A stretch of DNA of 64,000 nucleotides from a bacterium (GCA_021849125.1 JAJZTG010000001.1:96422-160421), one strand, 5' to 3'. Shown: positions 37,577 through 50,939, numbered from the stretch's first letter. Program-made: numbers and translations. The notes: a model not told the origin generated them from the sequence alone.

Positions 37577-39262
37577 CTACTTTCCAAGCACAGCAAGACG
37601 CAAGGAAAGCTTCGCACAGACTGTCTGTTCCCGTTCTATCGCGGCTGAGTCCCCTGTCATCTCAGCTCTCCGTAAATTCGTTACTGCTTCTTGGTACGCC
37701 TCGCGGATAACCGCTTCTTCAAAGGCGAGAAGAAGCTCGTCTGCAGCGCTTTCCGCGGGTTCCGTGCCTAACATCTTTTCCATCTGGAACAAGACCGGCT
37801 CCGGAGGCACCTCGCTTGGCAGCTCGGCGGCTTCAGTAACCCTACAGTACCCCGATTTGACACGCTCCGCAAGCGGGGTTCCGGGATAGACGTGGAGAAT
37901 GGCTAGGACTTGTTCGCCGCGCACATCGCTCAGTTTCCGCCGCTCAACAGCTGTTGGCGGGAGCATCTTCTCGTTCCGCGGCGCGGTCTCTTGAGTCCTG
38001 GCTACCGACTTAAGCGATTCCCGGACCGCCTCACTGCTTAGATTGAGCGCGCGCGCAGTCGCCTGTATGAAATGGTCTCGTTCCATCGCGCTCGGTACGG
38101 AAGCCAAAAGCGGCAGAACGATTGCTTCAGCCGCACGAAGAAGCCGGTGCGGATCGGCATGCTCTCCCGAGAGCTGTGCGAGGAAAAAATCGACGATAGG
38201 TCGCGCATCCTTCACGCGCCGGATGAATTCAGCCGCATCCTCGTTCACGAGATCGGCTGGGTCCTTGCCTTTCGGGAGTTCGGCCGCTTTCACGCGGAGA
38301 CCTTGTCGAAGCGCGAGCTCCGCAGAACGTGCGGTCGCCTTGAGTCCTGCCGGGTCGGCGTCGAGGACAAGCATAAGGTTCTCGCTGTAGCGCTTCATGA
38401 GCGAAAGATGCTTTTCGGAAAGTGCGGTACCCGAGAGCGCGATCGCGTTCGTGAATCCCGCCTGATGCGAGAGAAGCACATCGAGCTGCCCTTCGACCAG
38501 CATCGCGAAACGTCGTACACGGATCGCGTCCTTCGCGCGGTCCATGCCGAAAAGGACTTCTGATTTGTAGAAAAGCTCCGTCTCGGGCGAGTTCAGATAC
38601 TTCGCCTGCTCGTCGGCAGCGAGCGTGCGGCCAGTGAAGGCGACGACCCGGCCAGCCGTATCGCGTATCGGGAACATGAGCCGGTTCCGGAAACGGTCGT
38701 AGTAGGTGCCGGGCTTCCCGTCGGCTTCTTTCACGAGACCCGCCGCAAGAAGCTCGGGGACGGTAAACCCTTCGGCCGTAAGCGCTTCAAGAAGCGCTCG
38801 CCAGGAGTCAGGTGCGTACCCGAGTCCCCACTCCTTGATCGACTCTTTCGAGAGTCCACGCTTAAGAGCATACGCCTCGGCCGGACTTCCCGGGAGTTGG
38901 GTCGCATACCACGCGCTTGCGCGCGCCATCGCGTCACGCAAACGATCGCGCTTCTCGTTCGCTTCCCTATTGCCATGATATTCCTCGATGGGCACGCCTG
39001 CTTTCTCAGCGAGCAGCTTCAACGCGCCTTTGAAATCGACCCCTTCGACCTTCTCGATGAACGAGAAGCCGTCTCCGCCCTCGCCGCACCCGAAGCAGTG
39101 CCAGCTCCCGCGCTCGGGCGACACATGGAAACTCGAGGTCTTCTCCTTGTGGAACGGGCAGAGACCGACCATCGACTTCCCCGCGCGCGTAAGCTTCACG
39201 TACGGACCCACTATGTCCGTAATCGAGAGTTTGTTCTTTATCTCCTGTACCGTGTCGACTGC
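37577..39262 (-). CDS. dnaG: DNA primase
   Basis: Zinc-binding CPFHKEKTSSFHVSPERGSWHCFGCG followed by a Toprim domain. It sits immediately upstream of rpoD in the same orientation. The start is trimmed to MAVDTVQEI. Confidence 0.9.
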   Translation of the reverse strand, partial: AVDTVQEIKNKLSITDIVGPYVKLTRAGKSMVGLCPFHKEKTSSFHVSPERGSWHCFGCGEGGDGFSFIEKVEGVDFKGALKLLAEKAGVPIEEYHGNREANEKRDRLRDAMARASAWYATQLPGSPAEAYALKRGLSKESIKEWGLGYAPDSWRALLEALTAEGFTVPELLAAGLVKEADGKPGTYYDRFRNRLMFPIRDTAGRVVAFTGRTLAADEQAKYLNSPETELFYKSEVLFGMDRAKDAIRVRRFAMLVEGQLDVLLSHQAGFTNAIALSGTALSEKHLSLMKRYSENLMLVLDADPAGLKATARSAELALRQGLRVKAAELPKGKDPADLVNEDAAEFIRRVKDARPIVDFFLAQLSGEHADPHRLLRAAEAIVLPLLASVPSAMERDHFIQATARALNLSSEAVRESLKSVARTQETAPRNEKMLPPTAVERRKLSDVRGEQVLAILHVYPGTPLAERVKSGYCRVTEAAELPSEVPPEPVLFQMEKMLGTEPAESAADELLLAFEEAVIREAYQEAVTNLRRAEMTGDSAAIEREQTVCAKLSLRLAVLGK

Positions 39263-39355
39263 CATTTGCTTCCATTCTACCCTGCCGCAAAATATTTTGA
39301 CAAAATAAATTACCATGTTACTATAGCCATAGATTCCACTGCGGGAGATTGCAAA

Positions 39356-39601
39356 ATGATAGAAGATTTCGAGATTGGCGAACCTGTTGAGGTCGCGATT
39401 ACCGACACAGTATGGGTTAAAGCATTCGTAGACGACTACAGCGAGACAAGGATTTTTGTCCGTCTTGAAACCCCGACGATACTGGTCGAACGGACTATCC
39501 TAAAGAGAATGTTCCGTAAGGACACTGTTACGGAGAAATCGACTCTGATTACTAAGATGAGCTTTGGCCTTGGAAACGGTTTAGTTCGTCATCGAACGTA
39601 A
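39356..39601 (+). CDS. small hypothetical protein (81 aa)
   Basis: GGGAG lies 8 nt upstream of the ATG, and a terminator hairpin follows the stop. The region is lower in GC. Confidence 0.35.
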   Translation: MIEDFEIGEPVEVAITDTVWVKAFVDDYSETRIFVRLETPTILVERTILKRMFRKDTVTEKSTLITKMSFGLGNGLVRHRT

Positions 39602-39799
39602 TCGAAGTATACGGCGCGGAGGAATCCGCGTCTTTTCTTTTTATATTCCCTCCCCCAAGCGAGCAGGTATCAGAATCGGACAGTTGCGGAGGCGTTCATG
39701 CATGGTCTTTTGGTATTGCCGGAGACGCAGCGTGTGTAAGTCCGACTTACACACGCTAGACTTGCACACGCTGCGATGCCAAAAGATGAACGCTGGAGC

Positions 39800-39832
39800 A
39801 TAAGAAAACGGCCCGCTGGGGCCGTTTTCTGC
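39800..39832 (-). terminator. rho-independent terminator of rpoC (bidirectional hairpin)
   Basis: aaaacggccc-gctg-gggccgtttt, with A and T runs on both sides. Confidence 0.7.
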
Positions 39833-39861
39833 TGTCCGATTTCGATACCTGCGAGTGCCCC

Positions 39862-42800
39862 TTAGAGCGCGCGCGGCGTACGCGGCGCAAACGAGGTCGT
39901 CTCGGTCGGTTCCGGCACCGGGCGTTCCGCTTGCAGCTTCTCGATCGACGAGAACTTCTTGCTGCCAGCAAAACCGGTACCTGCCGGGATGAGGCGGCCG
40001 AGGATGACGTTCTCCTTGAGACCGCGGAGACGATCCATCGATCCACGCAAGGATGCGTTGATGAGGATCTTCGTGGTCTGCTCGAAGGATGCGGCCGAGA
40101 GGAACGAGCGGCGCGAGAGCGCGCTCTCCTTGATACCGAGCACGATCTCCTTGGCATGCGGCGGCATCTTGCCTGCGTCTTCCGCTTCCTTCACTGCCTT
40201 CGCGAACTCCCAATCCTCGACGACGTCGCCCACCGAGTATTCGGTGTCGCCCGTCTCAGTGATCTTCACGCGCGAGAACATCTGCTTCACGACCACTTCG
40301 AGGTGCTTGCGCGAGACCGGCGCACCCTGAAGCTCGTAGATCTTCGATGCTTCGGTAATGATGTACTCCTGCGTCGCAGCGCGACCGGCGTACTCGAAGA
40401 GATCGTCGAGATCGGCCGAACCATCCGTGAGGATCTGGCCCTTCACCACCGTGTCGCCCGCCTTTACCAAAGGTACGCGCGGGTACGGGGCGAGGTATTC
40501 GTAAGCCGAACCGTCCTTCTTACCCTGCCCTGCTTCCGGAGCGACGACGAGCACCTTCTCGCGGCCTTCATCCTTGATCTCGACGACGACGCCGTCTGAC
40601 TTGGAGATGACCGCCGGGTTCTTCGGCGAGCGCTTTTCGAAGACTTCTTCCACGCGCGGGAGACCGCTCGTGATATCGCCGCCGACCGATGCCACGCCGC
40701 CGGCATGGAACGTACGCATGGTGAGCTGGGTACCCGGCTCGCCGATAGCCTGTGCGGCGACCGTACCGACTGCTTCGCCGAGGTCCACGAGCTCGCGCGA
40801 GGTGAGGTCCATACCGTAGCAGGTCTGGCAGATACCGTAGCGCGTCTCGCATGACATCGGGGAACGTGCGACCACCGAGGTGACCGACTCCGTCGCATCG
40901 AGCGCTTCAGCGTCTGCGATCGAGAGGTAGTGCCCCTTCTTGAAGAGCGTCACGCTGTCCTTGTCTTTCACGTCTTCCGCGAGCACGCGGCCGCGGAGCG
41001 CTTCGGCGTAGTTTACCTGGACGCCGGACGCCGAGATGCGGTTGATCTTCACGCCGCGGGAGGTACCGCAGTCCTTCTCCGTGATGATGGAGTCCTGCGC
41101 GACGTCGAAGAGGCGGCGCGTGAGGTAGCCGGCCTTCGCGGTACCGAGCGCGGTATCAGCGAGACCTTTGCGCGAACCGTGGGTGGACATGAAGTACTCG
41201 ATCGGATTCAAACCCTCGGCCATCGAGGAGATGATCGGCACCTCGATCGTCTGACCGGACGTGTCCTGGATGAGACCTTTCATGCCGACCATCTGCGAGA
41301 GGTTACCCATCGAACCGCGAGCGCCGGACTTGATGATGTCGTAGACCGGACTCATCGAGTCGAGGGTCGCTTCGATCACCTTTTCCACATCCTGCTTAGC
41401 GCCCTGCCAGGTCTCGATCGCCATGCGGCGCTTCTCTTCCGCAGAGAGGAGCCCTTCGCGGAAATCGCCTTCGATCTTCGCGACTTTCTCCTGTGCGTCG
41501 GCAATGATGCGCTTCTTGTCCTCAGAGACCTCGATGTCGCCGATCGACCAAGTGATGCCGGAGCGGGTCGCATACGTAAAGCCGAAGTGCTTCACGCGGT
41601 TGATGATGCCCGGGACCGCGTCGATACCATAGCGGCTGATGCTGTCGTTCACGATGCGGCCGAGCGCCTTCTTGGTGACCGCTTCGTTCATGAACGGATA
41701 ATCCGTCGGGAGCACCGTATTGAAGAGAAGGCGGCCGACCGTAGTCTCGAAGGTCTTGCCTTCGAACTGCTCGTACTTGACCTTCTCCGCAACCGGAAGC
41801 ACGTGGATCTTCGCGCGCATGTCGATCGCGCCGTAGTCGAACGCGAGGATCGCGGCGTTCGGGGATGCGAAGTACTCGCCTTCACCCTTAGCGCCCGGGA
41901 TGTCGCGCGTGAGCCAGTAGATACCGAGCGCGATGTCGTGGCTGGTCGCGACGACCGGCGCGCCGGAACCCGGCTTAAGGACGTTCTTGTTGGCGCTCAT
42001 GATGTTTGCCGCCTCCCACTGTGCCTCTTCCGAGAGCGGGACGTGCACGGCCATCTGGTCGCCGTCGAAGTCCGCGTTGAAGGCCGGGCAGACGAGCGGG
42101 TGGAGCTGGATCGCGTCGCCTTCGATGAGCTGCGGGCGGAATGCCTGGATACCCTGGCGGTGAAGCGTCGGGGCGCGGTTCAAGAGGACGTACTTGCCCT
42201 GGATCGCTTCTTCGAGGATCTCCCACACCTCCGGTACGCCATCTTCGATGAGACGTCCGGCACCGCGGATGTTGAACGCGAGCTCGCGCTCGAGGAGTCC
42301 GGCGATGACGAACGGACGGAAGAGCTCGAGGGCCATATGCTTCGGCAGACCGCACTCGTCGAGCTCGAGGTCCGGACCGACGACGATTACGGAACGTCCC
42401 GAGTAGTCGACGCGCTTACCGAGAAGGTTCTGGCGGAAGTAGCCCTGCTTACCCTTGAGGTAATCAGCGAGCGACTTCAAGGGGCGACGCTGTGCGGCCG
42501 TCATAGCACCTGCCGAAGCGCCGCTCTTACGGATTGAGTTGTCGAGCAAAGCATCGACGGCTTCCTGAAGGATGCGCTTCTCGTTACGAAGGATGACCTC
42601 TGGCGCGTGGATGTCGATGAGCTTCTTCAAGCGGTTGTTGCGGTTGATGACGCGACGATAGAGGTCGTTCACGTCGGAGGTCGCATGGCGACCGCCTTCA
42701 AGCGCGACCATCGGGCGGAGTGCCGGCGGGATGACCGGGATACGCGTGAGGAACATCCATTCCGGACGGACCTCCGAGCCGATCATGGCTGCGATGAGCG

Positions 42801-43575
42801 AGAGGCGCTTCGCGAGCTTCTCGCGCTCAGCGGCACCGGCCGTCTGATAGCGCTCTTCAAGCGACTTCTCGAGCGCCTTCAAGTCGAGCGCACGGAAGAG
42901 GTCGTAAATGGCCTCGGCGCCGATCTTCGCTTCGAAGAGACCGCCGTACTTCACCGAGAAGCGGTGGTACTCGAGCTCGTCGAGGATACGGCCGATGACG
43001 AGACCTTCGATCTCGTTCTTCGTGGTGGTCATCTTCTCCTTCAAGGCGTCGCGTTCCTTGTCGGAATTGAGCGACTTGTACTTGCTCTTGTACTCGCTAT
43101 CGAGCTCGGCAAGAAGACGCTTCTTCTCGTCTTCCGCGATCTTGGTCACGATGTAGCCGGCGAAGTAGACGACCTTCTCGAGTTCGGCTGCGGACACGCC
43201 GAGGAGGAGTGCCATGCGGCTCGGGACCGAGCGGAGGAACCAGATGTGCGCGACCGGAGTGCAGAGCTCGATGTGGCCCATGCGCTCGCGGCGGACGATC
43301 GAGCGCGTGATCTCGACGCCACACTTGTCACAGACGATGCCCTTGTAGCGGATGCCCTTGTACTTGCCACAGTAACACTCGTAGTCCTTTTCCGGACCGA
43401 AGATCTTCTCGTCGAAAAGACCGTGCTTCTCCGAGCGCTGGGTGCGGTAGTTGATCGTCTCCGGCTTCGTGACCTCTCCTGAAGACCAGGCGAGGATGCG
43501 CTCCGGCGAAGCGAGCGTCAGGCGTAGCGCGTTCCAGGTGTCGCGCGAAGGAAGTTTGCGGGGGGTGAATGCCAT
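39862..43575 (-). CDS. rpoC: DNA-directed RNA polymerase subunit beta'
   Basis: NADFDGDQMAVH catalytic motif, an N-terminal zinc-binding Cys cluster, and a full-length 1237-aa protein. Confidence 0.97.
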   Translation of the reverse strand: MAFTPRKLPSRDTWNALRLTLASPERILAWSSGEVTKPETINYRTQRSEKHGLFDEKIFGPEKDYECYCGKYKGIRYKGIVCDKCGVEITRSIVRRERMGHIELCTPVAHIWFLRSVPSRMALLLGVSAAELEKVVYFAGYIVTKIAEDEKKRLLAELDSEYKSKYKSLNSDKERDALKEKMTTTKNEIEGLVIGRILDELEYHRFSVKYGGLFEAKIGAEAIYDLFRALDLKALEKSLEERYQTAGAAEREKLAKRLSLIAAMIGSEVRPEWMFLTRIPVIPPALRPMVALEGGRHATSDVNDLYRRVINRNNRLKKLIDIHAPEVILRNEKRILQEAVDALLDNSIRKSGASAGAMTAAQRRPLKSLADYLKGKQGYFRQNLLGKRVDYSGRSVIVVGPDLELDECGLPKHMALELFRPFVIAGLLERELAFNIRGAGRLIEDGVPEVWEILEEAIQGKYVLLNRAPTLHRQGIQAFRPQLIEGDAIQLHPLVCPAFNADFDGDQMAVHVPLSEEAQWEAANIMSANKNVLKPGSGAPVVATSHDIALGIYWLTRDIPGAKGEGEYFASPNAAILAFDYGAIDMRAKIHVLPVAEKVKYEQFEGKTFETTVGRLLFNTVLPTDYPFMNEAVTKKALGRIVNDSISRYGIDAVPGIINRVKHFGFTYATRSGITWSIGDIEVSEDKKRIIADAQEKVAKIEGDFREGLLSAEEKRRMAIETWQGAKQDVEKVIEATLDSMSPVYDIIKSGARGSMGNLSQMVGMKGLIQDTSGQTIEVPIISSMAEGLNPIEYFMSTHGSRKGLADTALGTAKAGYLTRRLFDVAQDSIITEKDCGTSRGVKINRISASGVQVNYAEALRGRVLAEDVKDKDSVTLFKKGHYLSIADAEALDATESVTSVVARSPMSCETRYGICQTCYGMDLTSRELVDLGEAVGTVAAQAIGEPGTQLTMRTFHAGGVASVGGDITSGLPRVEEVFEKRSPKNPAVISKSDGVVVEIKDEGREKVLVVAPEAGQGKKDGSAYEYLAPYPRVPLVKAGDTVVKGQILTDGSADLDDLFEYAGRAATQEYIITEASKIYELQGAPVSRKHLEVVVKQMFSRVKITETGDTEYSVGDVVEDWEFAKAVKEAEDAGKMPPHAKEIVLGIKESALSRRSFLSAASFEQTTKILINASLRGSMDRLRGLKENVILGRLIPAGTGFAGSKKFSSIEKLQAERPVPEPTETTSFAPRTPRAL

Positions 43576-43601
43576 AGTGATTTTAGAAAATGAATAATGC
43601 G

Positions 43602-46784
<3,183 letters not shown>

Positions 46785-46930
46785 GTGGTGTCGCTTCTTA
46801 AGTTATATAAATGCAGACGAACGGACACAGTCCGCTTTCGCTACGTGCGTTTTCGTATTTGCTCCCTATGTGAGTGCCCCGCGCCCTCCGTTACTCACTC
46901 GTATCTGATGTAGCCCTAGTGTACCAGAAG

Positions 46931-46962
46931 CCCCGGTCCGGGCGCAAGCGCCCGGACCGGGG
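46931..46962 (-). terminator. perfect GC-rich hairpin between trmD and rpoB (terminator or attenuator)
   Basis: ccccggtccgggcgc-aag-cgcccggaccgggg. Confidence 0.5.
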
Positions 46963-47006
46963 CTGGGGACAAGATAAAACGACCCTCACTTCCCTGTATA
47001 AGGAAA

Positions 47007-47663
47007 TTATTTAGAGCTACGCCATGCGTCGATCTTCGCGTGATGCCCGGTCTGGAGCACTTTCGGCACGCGGTACTTCTTGCTTTTGTGTTCGATGGTT
47101 TCGGGTCGGGTGTACACCGCACTACTTGCGATGCGGCGCTCCTCGACCGATGCGTCTTTCCCGAGAACGCCAGGCAAGCGGCGCGTGACCGCATCGACGA
47201 TCGCCATCGCGGGCACCTCAGCGCCCGTGTAGGTCGCCTCCCCTACCGCGTACTCTTTCACTGGAGCGATCGTCTTCAGCATCTTCTTCGCGCGCTCGTC
47301 GATACCTTCGTAGCGGCCGCACACGAGCACGATGTCGTCATACTTCGCGAGCTTGTCGGCTTCTTTGTTATCAAATGCTTTGCCTGAGGGTGAAAACCAG
47401 ATGATGATGGGCTTCCTCGGTTTCTTGCTCCTGGTCTTCAAAGACTTCTCTACCGCGCGTACTACCGGGAGTGCGGTCATAACCATCCCCGGGCCGCCGC
47501 CGTACGGACGCTCGTCTATCTTGCCCCACTTGTTGTCGACGAAATCGCGTGGCGTCTCATACGTGATCTTGATCTTCTTCTCCTTGCGGGCACGACCGAT
47601 GATCGACGCCGAAAGGTACGCGTCGCACGCTTCTTCGAAGAGGGTGACGAGGTGGAAGGTCAC
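47007..47663 (-). CDS. trmD: tRNA (guanine37-N1)-methyltransferase
   Basis: YGGGPGMVM motif and the SPOUT-fold arrangement. Confidence 0.9.
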   Translation of the reverse strand: MTFHLVTLFEEACDAYLSASIIGRARKEKKIKITYETPRDFVDNKWGKIDERPYGGGPGMVMTALPVVRAVEKSLKTRSKKPRKPIIIWFSPSGKAFDNKEADKLAKYDDIVLVCGRYEGIDERAKKMLKTIAPVKEYAVGEATYTGAEVPAMAIVDAVTRRLPGVLGKDASVEERRIASSAVYTRPETIEHKSKKYRVPKVLQTGHHAKIDAWRSSK

Positions 47664-47665
47664 GT

Positions 47666-47944
47666 TTACTCAGCGACTGGCTCGGGCGCACGTAAGCCAC
47701 CCATCGGCTCATTGATCTTCAGGTTCACGCGGGCGTTCCCCTTCATGCCGATGACGCGCAGGAGGATGCGGAGTGCCTCGGCGGTCTTGCCGCTCTTGCC
47801 GATAATCTTGCCCATATCGTCCGGATGGACGGTGAGCGTGAGGAGAACGCCCATCGGGTCGATGGTGCGGGTCGTCTCGACTGCCTCCGGATGATCGACG
47901 AGCGCCTTCACGGCGTCTTCAAGAAATATCTGATCTGGTTCCAT
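47666..47944 (-). CDS. KH-domain RNA-binding protein (KhpA/YlqC-like)
   Basis: GKIIGKSGKTAEALR KH motif, with classic placement between rpsP and trmD. Confidence 0.8.
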   Translation of the reverse strand: MEPDQIFLEDAVKALVDHPEAVETTRTIDPMGVLLTLTVHPDDMGKIIGKSGKTAEALRILLRVIGMKGNARVNLKINEPMGGLRAPEPVAE

Positions 47945-47994
47945 ATGAAAAAGAGTAGCATAAACCCCGCGCTCGGCGGGGTTTATGGTGTTGG

Positions 47995-48483
47995 TTATGC
48001 TGCGGCCGATGCCTCTTCTGCAGGAGCTTCTTCAGCGTTCTCGGCCGGAGCCTCCGCTGCAGGTTCCTCTGCCGGAACCGCTTCTGCTTCAACCTCTGCT
48101 TCGGTCGGTGCTTCTACCGGGGTTTCTTCCGGAGCCGGAGCTGCTGCTGCAGCTGCCTCAGCCGCTGCGGCTTCAGCAGCCGCCTTTTCTGCGGCGATAG
48201 CTGCCTCGCTCTTGATCGGCGACTTCTTCGGAAGGACGTTCACCTTCTTGCCGGCAATGATGCCCTTCGAGATAAGGAGGTTACGGATCGAGTCGGTCGG
48301 CTGTGCGCCCTTCTCTATCCATGCCTTTACGCTCTCCTCGTTCAAGATGAGTGCCTTAGTCTTCGGGTTGTAGGTGCCGAGACGCTCGACGACATTGCCT
48401 GCCTGTGCGGCACGTGCCTTCTCGAGGACGGAAATGCGAAAAGCCGGATCACCCGTGCGGCCAATGCGCTGGAATCGAATCAT
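47995..48483 (-). CDS. rpsP: 30S ribosomal protein S16 with a ~70-aa Ala/Glu/Pro-rich C-terminal tail
   Basis: The N-terminus MIRFQRIGRTGDPAFRISV matches S16. The C-terminal half is low-complexity (AAEAAAAEAAAAAAPAPEE...). Confidence 0.85.
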   Translation of the reverse strand: MIRFQRIGRTGDPAFRISVLEKARAAQAGNVVERLGTYNPKTKALILNEESVKAWIEKGAQPTDSIRNLLISKGIIAGKKVNVLPKKSPIKSEAAIAAEKAAAEAAAAEAAAAAAPAPEETPVEAPTEAEVEAEAVPAEEPAAEAPAENAEEAPAEEASAAA

Positions 48484-48570
48484 CAACATGTAGGCGAAGA
48501 TTACCAGACTCGCCCTAAAACCGCAAATAAACGGCATAGCACGCTGGGAAGAATCTGCTACAGTAGCGAT

Positions 48571-50517
48571 ATGTCACCAGAAACGCTCCACGAGGGGCCC
48601 ATCACCATAACGCGCAAAGGCATGGGCTTCTTCTCAGTCGAGGGCACCGAGGAAGACCTCCTCATCCCCGTTGACCACACGAACCACGCCCTCTCGGGCG
48701 ACATCGTGAAAGTCGCCTCGACCGGCATGTATCGCGACCCTATGGGCCGCATGCCGCCGCGCGCCTCGGGTAAGGTCGTCGGGATCGTCTCACGCGCTCG
48801 CGAGACGTTCGTCGGCACCATCTACGAGGAGGGCGGCAAAGTGATGCTCTCGCCTGACTACAAGAAAATGCACGTACCCGTCGAGGTCCGGGATGCAGCG
48901 GGCGCGACACAGGGCGACAAGGTCGTCGTACGGATGCGCGGTTGGGAGGAGACCTCGCCGTACCCGTGGGGCACGGTCGATGAGATCATCGGCCGCTCCG
49001 GCGAGCACGATGTCGAGATGCGCGCGCTTGCGCTCGGCCAAGGATTCTCGCCGGTCTTCCCTCCTGCCGTCCTTGCCGAAGTGAAACGACTCGAGACCGA
49101 GGGCAGGCGTATGCTCGCCGAAGAAGCAGAAAAAGAGGGTCGGCGTGATTTCCGAAAAGTCACTACCTGTACCATCGACCCATTCGACGCGAAGGATTTC
49201 GACGACGCTCTTTCGGTGCGCGAATTGCCCGATGGCAACGTCGAGGTCGGCATCCATATCGCCGACGTCTCGTTCTTCGTGAAGCCCGGCAACGCGCTTG
49301 ATACCGAGGCGCGCGAACGCGCGACCTCGGTCTACCTCGTTGACCGCACGATCCCGATGCTTCCCGAGATCCTTTCGACCGACCTCTGTTCCCTGAATCC
49401 GAACCAGGACCGTCTTGCCGTCTCGGCCGTTTTCACACTCGATCGCGAGGCGAACATCATTGATGAATGGTTCGGCGAGACGGTGATCCACTCCGACAAG
49501 CGCTTCACCTACGAAGAGGCCCAGGGCGTACTCGACGCGGGTGAAGGCGTGCTTCATCAAGAGCTTGCTACCCTGCTCGCGCTCTCGCAGAAGATCCGCG
49601 CGCGCCGCAAGGCAAAGGGTGCCGTCGATTTCGATACGCCTGAAGTGAAGATCGAGCTCGACGCGAGCGGTAAGCCGGTCGCGATCCGCTTGAAGGAACG
49701 CAAAGCGACGAACCTCATGATCGAGGACTTCATGCTCCTTGCAAACGAAGCGGTGGCGAAGCATCTCTCAGAGCTCACGAAAAACGGTGGGGCGCACTTC
49801 GCGTCGCTCTACCGCATCCACGACGAGCCGGACACGGACCGCATCGGCAACCTCGCAAACCTCCTGCGCGTCTTGGGCTACCACCTGAAGACCTCGCCGA
49901 CCGGTAAGGTTTCCGGCACCGAGCTCAATCGTCTCCTTGCAGAGGTGGCCGGTACGCCCGAGGAATACCTGGTGAAGACCGCAACCCTGCGCTCGATGAG
50001 CAAAGCCGTCTACGCGACTCGCAATATCGGCCACTACGGGCTCGCCTTCGATTTCTATACGCACTTCACTTCCCCGATCCGCCGCTATCCTGACCTCGTG
50101 ATCCACCGCCTCGTGAAGGCACATGCTGGCGGCGATCCGATCACGCCCGCAGAGATGCAGGCCTTCGACCGGCTCGCCGCGCACGCCTCTGAGCGCGAAG
50201 TCGCGGCAGCCGATGCCGAGCGCTCCTCAGTCAAGATGAAGCAGGTAGAGTTCCTCGCTGATCGCATCGGCGAAGAGTTCGACGCGGTCATCTCTGGTGT
50301 CACCGATCGCGGCGTCTATGTCGAGGAACAGACGACGCATGCTGACGGCATGATTCTCATCAGGAACCTAGGCGACGATTATTTCGAATACGACGAGAAG
50401 CGCTACCAGGTCATCGGCCGTCGCACCAAGAAGGCCTACCGCCTGGGTGACCCCATCCGAGTCAAATTGATGGCAGCTCGTGTTGCAGAAAAAGAGTTAG
50501 ATTTTGTGCCTGCTTAA
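48571..50517 (+). CDS. rnr: ribonuclease R (RNB-family 3'-5' exoribonuclease)
   Basis: N-terminal cold-shock-like domains, an RNB catalytic domain (CTIDPFDAKDFDDALS) and a C-terminal S1 domain. Confidence 0.9.
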   Translation: MSPETLHEGPITITRKGMGFFSVEGTEEDLLIPVDHTNHALSGDIVKVASTGMYRDPMGRMPPRASGKVVGIVSRARETFVGTIYEEGGKVMLSPDYKKMHVPVEVRDAAGATQGDKVVVRMRGWEETSPYPWGTVDEIIGRSGEHDVEMRALALGQGFSPVFPPAVLAEVKRLETEGRRMLAEEAEKEGRRDFRKVTTCTIDPFDAKDFDDALSVRELPDGNVEVGIHIADVSFFVKPGNALDTEARERATSVYLVDRTIPMLPEILSTDLCSLNPNQDRLAVSAVFTLDREANIIDEWFGETVIHSDKRFTYEEAQGVLDAGEGVLHQELATLLALSQKIRARRKAKGAVDFDTPEVKIELDASGKPVAIRLKERKATNLMIEDFMLLANEAVAKHLSELTKNGGAHFASLYRIHDEPDTDRIGNLANLLRVLGYHLKTSPTGKVSGTELNRLLAEVAGTPEEYLVKTATLRSMSKAVYATRNIGHYGLAFDFYTHFTSPIRRYPDLVIHRLVKAHAGGDPITPAEMQAFDRLAAHASEREVAAADAERSSVKMKQVEFLADRIGEEFDAVISGVTDRGVYVEEQTTHADGMILIRNLGDDYFEYDEKRYQVIGRRTKKAYRLGDPIRVKLMAARVAEKELDFVPA

Positions 50518-50595
50518 GCCGCCCGCCACCACACCAACCAGGTTGGTGTGGTGGCGGGCGTCGCCGAGAAGGAGCTCGATTTCGTCCCGGCATAA
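50518..50595 (+). repeat. 39-bp perfect palindrome followed by an in-frame, synonymously recoded duplicate of the last 11 rnr codons plus a second stop
   Basis: The palindrome is 50521-50559. Bases 50560-50595 encode VAEKELDFVPA*, identical to the rnr C-terminus, but 9 of 11 codons differ. The whole 26-codon extension is in frame with rnr. Confidence 0.6.
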
Positions 50596-50602
50596 AATAA
50601 AA

Positions 50603-50650
50603 CAGCAAGGCGTGACCTTGCTGTCGCATACGTTTGATACGGTTTTGTTG
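50603..50650. terminator. bidirectional terminator hairpin
   Basis: cagcaagg-cgtga-ccttgctg, with T-rich sequence on the plus strand and an A-rich run on the other side. Confidence 0.55.
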
Positions 50651-50651
50651 T

Positions 50652-50939
50652 TTACTGTGGCCGGTAAGCTTTGAGCGCATCCCTTTCAGTGCGCGTGTTC
50701 AATGACTTGAGGAATGTCATCACATCGTTCGTCTGGTCCTCTGGGACTTGCCGCGAGGCAGAAGCCATGTTGGAGCCGAATATAGTAACAACGACTCCTT
50801 CATAGACCTCTTGACCGCCGTCCTCGCCACCGGAAACTTTCTCTACCGTCATAAAACAGGTCGATACTGTAGCTCCCACGGGACTCCTAGCGGTTACGCC
50901 TACACAAAAACTGCCTTCTAAAGAACTCTTTCCGCTCAT
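50652..50939 (-). CDS. hypothetical small protein
   Basis: 95-aa ORF downstream of smc with its own terminator and no recognisable motif. Confidence 0.3.
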   Translation of the reverse strand: MSGKSSLEGSFCVGVTARSPVGATVSTCFMTVEKVSGGEDGGQEVYEGVVVTIFGSNMASASRQVPEDQTNDVMTFLKSLNTRTERDALKAYRPQ

